A stretch of 64,000 bases of DNA from assembly GCA_965223265.1 (NCBI GenBank), contig OZ244999.1, forward strand, positions 4,224,001 to 4,288,000. The letters run 5' to 3'. The notes beneath the pieces were generated by a model. That model had not been told where the DNA came from and ran no database searches. It worked only from the letters and a program-made list of their open reading frames with translations. Positions within the stretch are counted from its first letter, which is position 1, and each line of letters opens with the position of its first letter. This document shows positions 59,284 through 64,000 of the stretch, in pieces. This DNA is from Planctomycetota bacterium (GTDB taxonomy: Bacteria > Planctomycetota > UBA8108 > SXIK01). A program made the translations under genes and the position numbers.

Positions 59284-61002
59284 TCATGAGCTCGTGAGGG
59301 TACCGAGAAATGCTATCAGCTGCCGCTTTTCGTCGTCGGAAAGCGTCAGGTCGGTGAGCTCGTGGAGGCGGTCTTCAGGGGGATGGAGGTAATGGTCGAC
59401 GACGGACTCTAGGTCGCTGAATCGGCCATCGTGCATGTAGGGACCGGTGGCCGCGACGTTGCGGAGGGAGGGCACCTTGAAGGCGCCGCGGAGGTGGGAG
59501 TCGTGTCCGGCTTCAAGGAACTTGAGGGCTCGACACTCCTCCTTTAAGCAATCACTGTGCCTACCAGCGCAATTAAAGGGATCAATCAGCGCCGCCTGCA
59601 CGCCGATCTGACGGCCAAAGTCGAGATGAGGCGCCTGAAACCGCCCCGTTCCTATGTTGTGAAAGTCCGTGTTCGTGAAAAGGGGGCCGTTATGGCAGCG
59701 AAGGCAGTGGGTTCTGCTCTCGTCAACGAAGAGCTTGAGCCCGGCCATCTCGTCGGCATCGAGAATGCCTTCGGCAGCGGCCTCTCCGTCTCGGACAAGT
59801 GTCCTTACGTAGCGATCGAATTTGGCTGGTGCAGGCTTCAACCCAGCCTCGTAGGCGGCGATCGTCTTGCCGAGGTTGGCGAAGACGCGATCGACCTGCT
59901 CTCGCGCCCGCGCCGGCATGGCGTGCCAAGAGGTCCTCGCGGCCTCTTCGGCGAAGGGCCCTGCTCGCGCAGGGAAGAATCGACTGATCGAAAAGTTCGG
60001 GCGCCTTCCGAAGATCTCTTCATAGAGAGGCCCGTATTCGGGATGCCGAAGGACGTAGCGAACGATCTCGACGCGCGTACTGCCCATCTCATCGAGACTC
60101 TCCATGGGAGTCAGAGCCTGTGCCCAAAGGCTGTCGCGGCGACCATCCCAGTAGAACCATGATCCGTAGGCCACACCGAGAAGACCGGGCGCGTGTCGCG
60201 ACGTCTGAGCAAGCCCTTGCGACAAAGCACGGCCATCGCTGAAAAACTTCTCCGGCACGTGGCAGGTGGCGCAGGAGATCTGCCCGTTGGAGCTCAGGAG
60301 CGGATCGAAGAAGAGCCTTCGACCGAGCTCCGCCGCGCGTGGATCTCGTGAAACGCGGTTTGAAGGGTCTGCGGGAACGGGCGGCAACGCGTCAAGGGAG
60401 AGGGACCGCAGCCGCTGTTTCTGGACATCGTGCCAGCCGTCGACGGCGCTCGCACCATCCCGCACATCGACGTTGAACACCACGGTTTCACTCCAGGCAG
60501 TTTGTCGACGGCGCTCCTCGGGTCCTCCGTCGCCATCGCCGGCAGGTGGCAGTGCGTCGAGGCGAAAGACAAACTGCCACCAACCCGTCATGCTGAACTT
60601 GACACCTTCCAGAAGGAAGTCACCACGACCCAGGTAACGCGTCACAGCGGGTTTCGATGGAAAACCATGGCCATGATCTGGCATACCGCCGCTCACCGCG
60701 AGTTGCTGAGGGATCGCGGGGCTGCCGTCTGCAAATTCGACGTGTACGATCCAGTCGTGAAGTTCACGCAGAGGAATCGGCAGTTCTGCAGAGCGCATCG
60801 AAACACGGTAGCGACCTGAGGGAGTCAACTTCTCTGAAGAATAGTCGATCTCTTCACGTGCGCGTGTGTCGTTGGGGGTCGCGAGACCGTCGGCGGCGGA
60901 CGCGCGAATATCTTTCGGTGCGCATCCGATGCTGACGCTCAAGACCGAGAGAAGACACAACATCGCACTGGCGCTGCGAAGAACGGAGCGCTTCGTGCTC
61001 AC
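59284..61002 (-). CDS. YtkA/FixH-like domain fused to a di-heme cytochrome c peroxidase/MauG-like domain, probable lipoprotein
   Basis: SVSIGC lipobox-like, GGMPDHGHG...KFSMTGWW YtkA-like, CATCH and CLRCH, VPSLRNVA.TGPYMHDG; start uncertain (ORF open to 61224). Confidence 0.82.
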   Translation of the reverse strand: MSTKRSVLRSASAMLCLLSVLSVSIGCAPKDIRASAADGLATPNDTRAREEIDYSSEKLTPSGRYRVSMRSAELPIPLRELHDWIVHVEFADGSPAIPQQLAVSGGMPDHGHGFPSKPAVTRYLGRGDFLLEGVKFSMTGWWQFVFRLDALPPAGDGDGGPEERRRQTAWSETVVFNVDVRDGASAVDGWHDVQKQRLRSLSLDALPPVPADPSNRVSRDPRAAELGRRLFFDPLLSSNGQISCATCHVPEKFFSDGRALSQGLAQTSRHAPGLLGVAYGSWFYWDGRRDSLWAQALTPMESLDEMGSTRVEIVRYVLRHPEYGPLYEEIFGRRPNFSISRFFPARAGPFAEEAARTSWHAMPARAREQVDRVFANLGKTIAAYEAGLKPAPAKFDRYVRTLVRDGEAAAEGILDADEMAGLKLFVDESRTHCLRCHNGPLFTNTDFHNIGTGRFQAPHLDFGRQIGVQAALIDPFNCAGRHSDCLKEECRALKFLEAGHDSHLRGAFKVPSLRNVAATGPYMHDGRFSDLESVVDHYLHPPEDRLHELTDLTLSDDEKRQLIAFLGTLTSS

Positions 61003-61301
61003 CTTCGGAACGGCGCACGGAGTGTGCCTGCGACTATAGACCGCCGCAGACTCGTTCTTTAAAGTAGCAGGCACACTCCGTGTGCCGTCCGGAAGTGTCC
61101 GTGAGTCACGATGGCTCGTTTCAAAATACTCACGGCCTCTCCGTGCGGCGTCCGCTCTTCCTTTCTCCTCACCATGGCACACAGTGTGTGCCTGCCATTC
61201 TCTCGGACCGGAGTTTTTGATCACGCACGAACTCTCGAAGGGAAAAAGTGCGAAAGGTTAAATCCTGGTGAACTCGCTCGACGCGGCTTTGGCGCGAAAC
61301 G

Positions 61302-61673
61302 GTAGAGTCGAGAGGTGGCGCAGTGGTTTAGGCCAAGGACTTTCCGTTTCCGGCTCTTTCGTCTGCCGGTGCCAAATAGCCTCAGACCGTGCCCTGTTTC
61401 CACCTCCCGCTCATCAAACCGGACGTGCGGTTTTCCCGCATCCGGCTTTCGGACAAGGTTGGGTCGGCTCCTGCATTGACTCTTTCGAGGCCTGCTCGGC
61501 GTTCACTCACGTTACGGCCTGCGTGCTCGCTGGGTCGCCCAGCGACCCTTTTCCTGAAGTACTTCGACGTAGGTCGTTACCTCCCTCCGTCGCTCCGGGT
61601 GCTACCGGCTGGAGCGACCAGTTGCCGGGTGGGATTCTCACCCACTGAGGATTCGTGCCTTTTCACGGCGTAC
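61302..61673 (-). mobile_element. ORF-less, internally deleted group II intron
   Basis: Minus strand 5' end GTACGCCG, domain V GAAAGCCGGATGCGGGAAAACCGCACGTCCGGTTTGATGAGCGG, 3' end CGCCACCTCTCGACTCTAC; only about 370 nt, no RT. Confidence 0.85.
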
Positions 61674-61831
61674 GCTAAACTCGAGGTAGAGTAAGGCGCA
61701 TCACAAATTCCAAGCAGCCGCCAAACACGGCGTCGATTGTATGCGCTCCTAAGTCCCCCGAGCAATGGGCGGCGGTGCGGGACGTGCGCTTTTCCTCGCG
61801 AGCCACAGCAACTCTGGTCGATGAAGGACCA

Positions 61832-63994
61832 TCACTTCGACGCTGCGACGCCTTGCCTTGCAAGCCCGACTCGGTACGTCTCGTCGCTGTCGGCCATCGA
61901 GTAGTACATCCACAGCCCGTCCTCACGTCGGACGGTGTAGCACGCGAAACACGCGTATGCATCGAGGCTCCCCGGAGAACCGCTTGTGAGCGTCGGCGAC
62001 GTATCCTTCTGCCAGTGGGTTCCATCGCGGCTCGTCGCGTAGATCAGAGCGTTGTGGTGCGCACTGCTCCCCCTCTCGCCTGCCGCCCAAGCGCTGTACC
62101 ACATGTGATAGACTTCTCCCTCGAGCCGCACGTGCACGTTGTACACGTACCCCTCGTCGAAATTCCCGACGACGCTGGGTGAGAGCACAGGACGGCCACC
62201 GCTTTCCCGTCGCCAGCGGACTCCATCGCGACTGGTGGCATGCCCGACGCGAAACGTCTTCTGCGGACCGACGCCGTTGTACCACATGTGAAGCGTCCCG
62301 GAGCGGTCGCGCACGACGGCGGGATGGAGGACCTCGCGGTCATCGAATGCACCTTCCGCACCTGGAAGAAGCACCGGCTTGGCACCGTTTTCGCGCTGCC
62401 AGCGAACGCCGTCGTCGCTTGTCGCATAGCCGATCGTGTAGCGGCTTTCGTCATCTCCTGCGGTGTACCACATGTGGAATTTACCGCCGTAGTGAACTAC
62501 CGCCGGATGATCGACCTTCGTGGAGTCGAAACTTCCTGGCAATCCGTGCGCGAACACCGGTGTGCCGCCCTGGTGCTTCACCCATTCGAGGCCGTCGCGG
62601 CTCGTCGCCAGTCCAATCGAACCGGTGAAGCAATCCGCTGCGCGGCCGTTGTACCACATCCACCACCCATCGCCGACCTTGAGGACAGACGGGTACTTGG
62701 CCTGGCAGGCATCGAAACTCCCATCGCCGCCAACGTCGAGGAGAACTCGGTGCGTCTTGCGGAAGGCGAACCCGTTCTTTGGCTCTGGCGCTGTCGGCGA
62801 TTGTCGATCGAACTGCAGCCGGTAGGAATCCAGGATCGGAGTCGCGCCGGGATCCGCTGTCGAAAGCACGAACTCGAGGCGCACCGACTGCGCCATGTTC
62901 AGAGTCGATCCGCTGGAGACGTTTCTCAAGAGAACTGATCCTTCAGCGCTGAGAACATTCGCCTCAGCGGCGGTCCCCGGAGGCGTCCGTTTTTCATAGA
63001 CGAGCGAAGTGAATCGGCATCCAGGAGGCAGACTCAGTGCTTCGGTGACGAATCGTCCCGAGCGGCGATAGCCGGCGGCAGCGCGCTGAAGGATGAGGTT
63101 GTCCGTCAGGTTCGTGACCCCATCCTTCGTGCCGCGGTAGATGAAATACGAGTCCTCGTAAGCCCACGGAAGCACGTTGAGACGCTGATAGGAACGCCGA
63201 CGCTGAAAGTGTTCGGTCGCAGGGCCAAACCCGCGCGTCTCGATAACGTCCATCCCCCCGCTTCCCGAAACCACCAATTCCAGAAACGGGTCGTCGTCGA
63301 TGTTCGCGTAAAAAACTTCCCCCCAATACCGCTCACCACCCACGTCGATTTGGTCGATCACATTGCCGTCCGCCGTCAATGCGAAGACGATGCCGGGTGC
63401 TTGCTCGGAAAAACCTCCGTTCGTCAAAGCAAGGATCTCCAGCTGTGAGTCGCCATCAACGTCGCCCAGAACCGGAGCCAGGTAGGCATGAGCTGAGTCG
63501 TCTAGCTCCGGACGCAGGTCCTTCTGCCATAGAAGTTTCCCCTTCGCATCCAAACAGTAGACGACGCCGCCAAACGTCATGCCGACGATCTCGACTTCAC
63601 GATCGCCGTCGAGGTCCGCCACGTTCGGCGAGTCCTCACCCGCGAGTCCCGGCACTTTCCACAGAACCTCGCCGTCGGTCTCGAACGCGTACACCGCATC
63701 GTGCGCATCGTCGCCGCCGTAGTTGTCCACGGACTTGACCACCTCAACCGAGCCGTCGCCGTCGATGTCCGCGAGCACCGCGTCGGCGCTGGAGGCGTTG
63801 TCATTGGTGGCGTAGGACCAGATGTCCTTCAGGGAAATCGGGTCGAAGCGGACAAGATCCCCTTTCGTAGAGTGGTCGTCACCCGAGCCGGCGAACAAGT
63901 CCCAACGCCCGTCGAGATCGACGTCCATCGCCGTCGTGTGGCAGCCACACTGGACCCAATCGAGGCGCCTCTCGAGCACCGTTAGGCTAGCCAT
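61832..63994 (-). CDS. FG-GAP/VCBS-repeat protein with a C-terminal five-bladed beta-propeller glycoside-hydrolase-like domain (5' end outside the window)
   Basis: DxDGDG..E repeats; repeated PSVL/PAVV...MWY.G...IG.ATS.DG..W blades. Confidence 0.8.
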   Translation of the reverse strand: MASLTVLERRLDWVQCGCHTTAMDVDLDGRWDLFAGSGDDHSTKGDLVRFDPISLKDIWSYATNDNASSADAVLADIDGDGSVEVVKSVDNYGGDDAHDAVYAFETDGEVLWKVPGLAGEDSPNVADLDGDREVEIVGMTFGGVVYCLDAKGKLLWQKDLRPELDDSAHAYLAPVLGDVDGDSQLEILALTNGGFSEQAPGIVFALTADGNVIDQIDVGGERYWGEVFYANIDDDPFLELVVSGSGGMDVIETRGFGPATEHFQRRRSYQRLNVLPWAYEDSYFIYRGTKDGVTNLTDNLILQRAAAGYRRSGRFVTEALSLPPGCRFTSLVYEKRTPPGTAAEANVLSAEGSVLLRNVSSGSTLNMAQSVRLEFVLSTADPGATPILDSYRLQFDRQSPTAPEPKNGFAFRKTHRVLLDVGGDGSFDACQAKYPSVLKVGDGWWMWYNGRAADCFTGSIGLATSRDGLEWVKHQGGTPVFAHGLPGSFDSTKVDHPAVVHYGGKFHMWYTAGDDESRYTIGYATSDDGVRWQRENGAKPVLLPGAEGAFDDREVLHPAVVRDRSGTLHMWYNGVGPQKTFRVGHATSRDGVRWRRESGGRPVLSPSVVGNFDEGYVYNVHVRLEGEVYHMWYSAWAAGERGSSAHHNALIYATSRDGTHWQKDTSPTLTSGSPGSLDAYACFACYTVRREDGLWMYYSMADSDETYRVGLARQGVAASK

Positions 63995-64000
63995 GTCAAG

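Noticed and set aside
61302-61673. Retron or diversity-generating retroelement
   Set aside because: No reverse transcriptase and no template/variable repeat pair in the window; the sequence matches group II intron domains V-VI

Overview
GC-rich bacterial window, most likely Planctomycetota (DUF1501 plus Planctomycete cytochrome c/DUF1549/DUF1553 pair, Planctomycete-type dockerin remnant). 1-10.4 kb: ECF sigma/ChrR-like anti-sigma pair, DUF1501 operon, frameshifted flavin monooxygenase, GTP-PEPCK. About 10.6-35.5 kb: a defence/conflict island with no integrase (TIR-NACHT-WD40, orphan restriction-fold nuclease, ABC-ATPase-methyltransferase fusion, small membrane protein plus HEXXH peptidase, TPR-kinase-nuclease, two convergent Shedu-like nucleases, TIGR04255 three-gene operon, primase-helicase). 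Its gene blocks are punctuated by six partial copies of an unannotated palindrome-rich non-coding repeat and two tRNA-like 3' remnants. 35.4-37 kb: three truncated genes joined at deletion junctions next to an intact oxyR. 38-49 kb: mixed accessory genes with MITEs. 49-61 kb: an operon built around a giant copper-radical-oxidase/di-heme protein with two MauG-like peroxidases and a GMC dehydrogenase pair, preceded by an ORF-less group II intron remnant. All family assignments come from motif recognition by eye; no database search was run.
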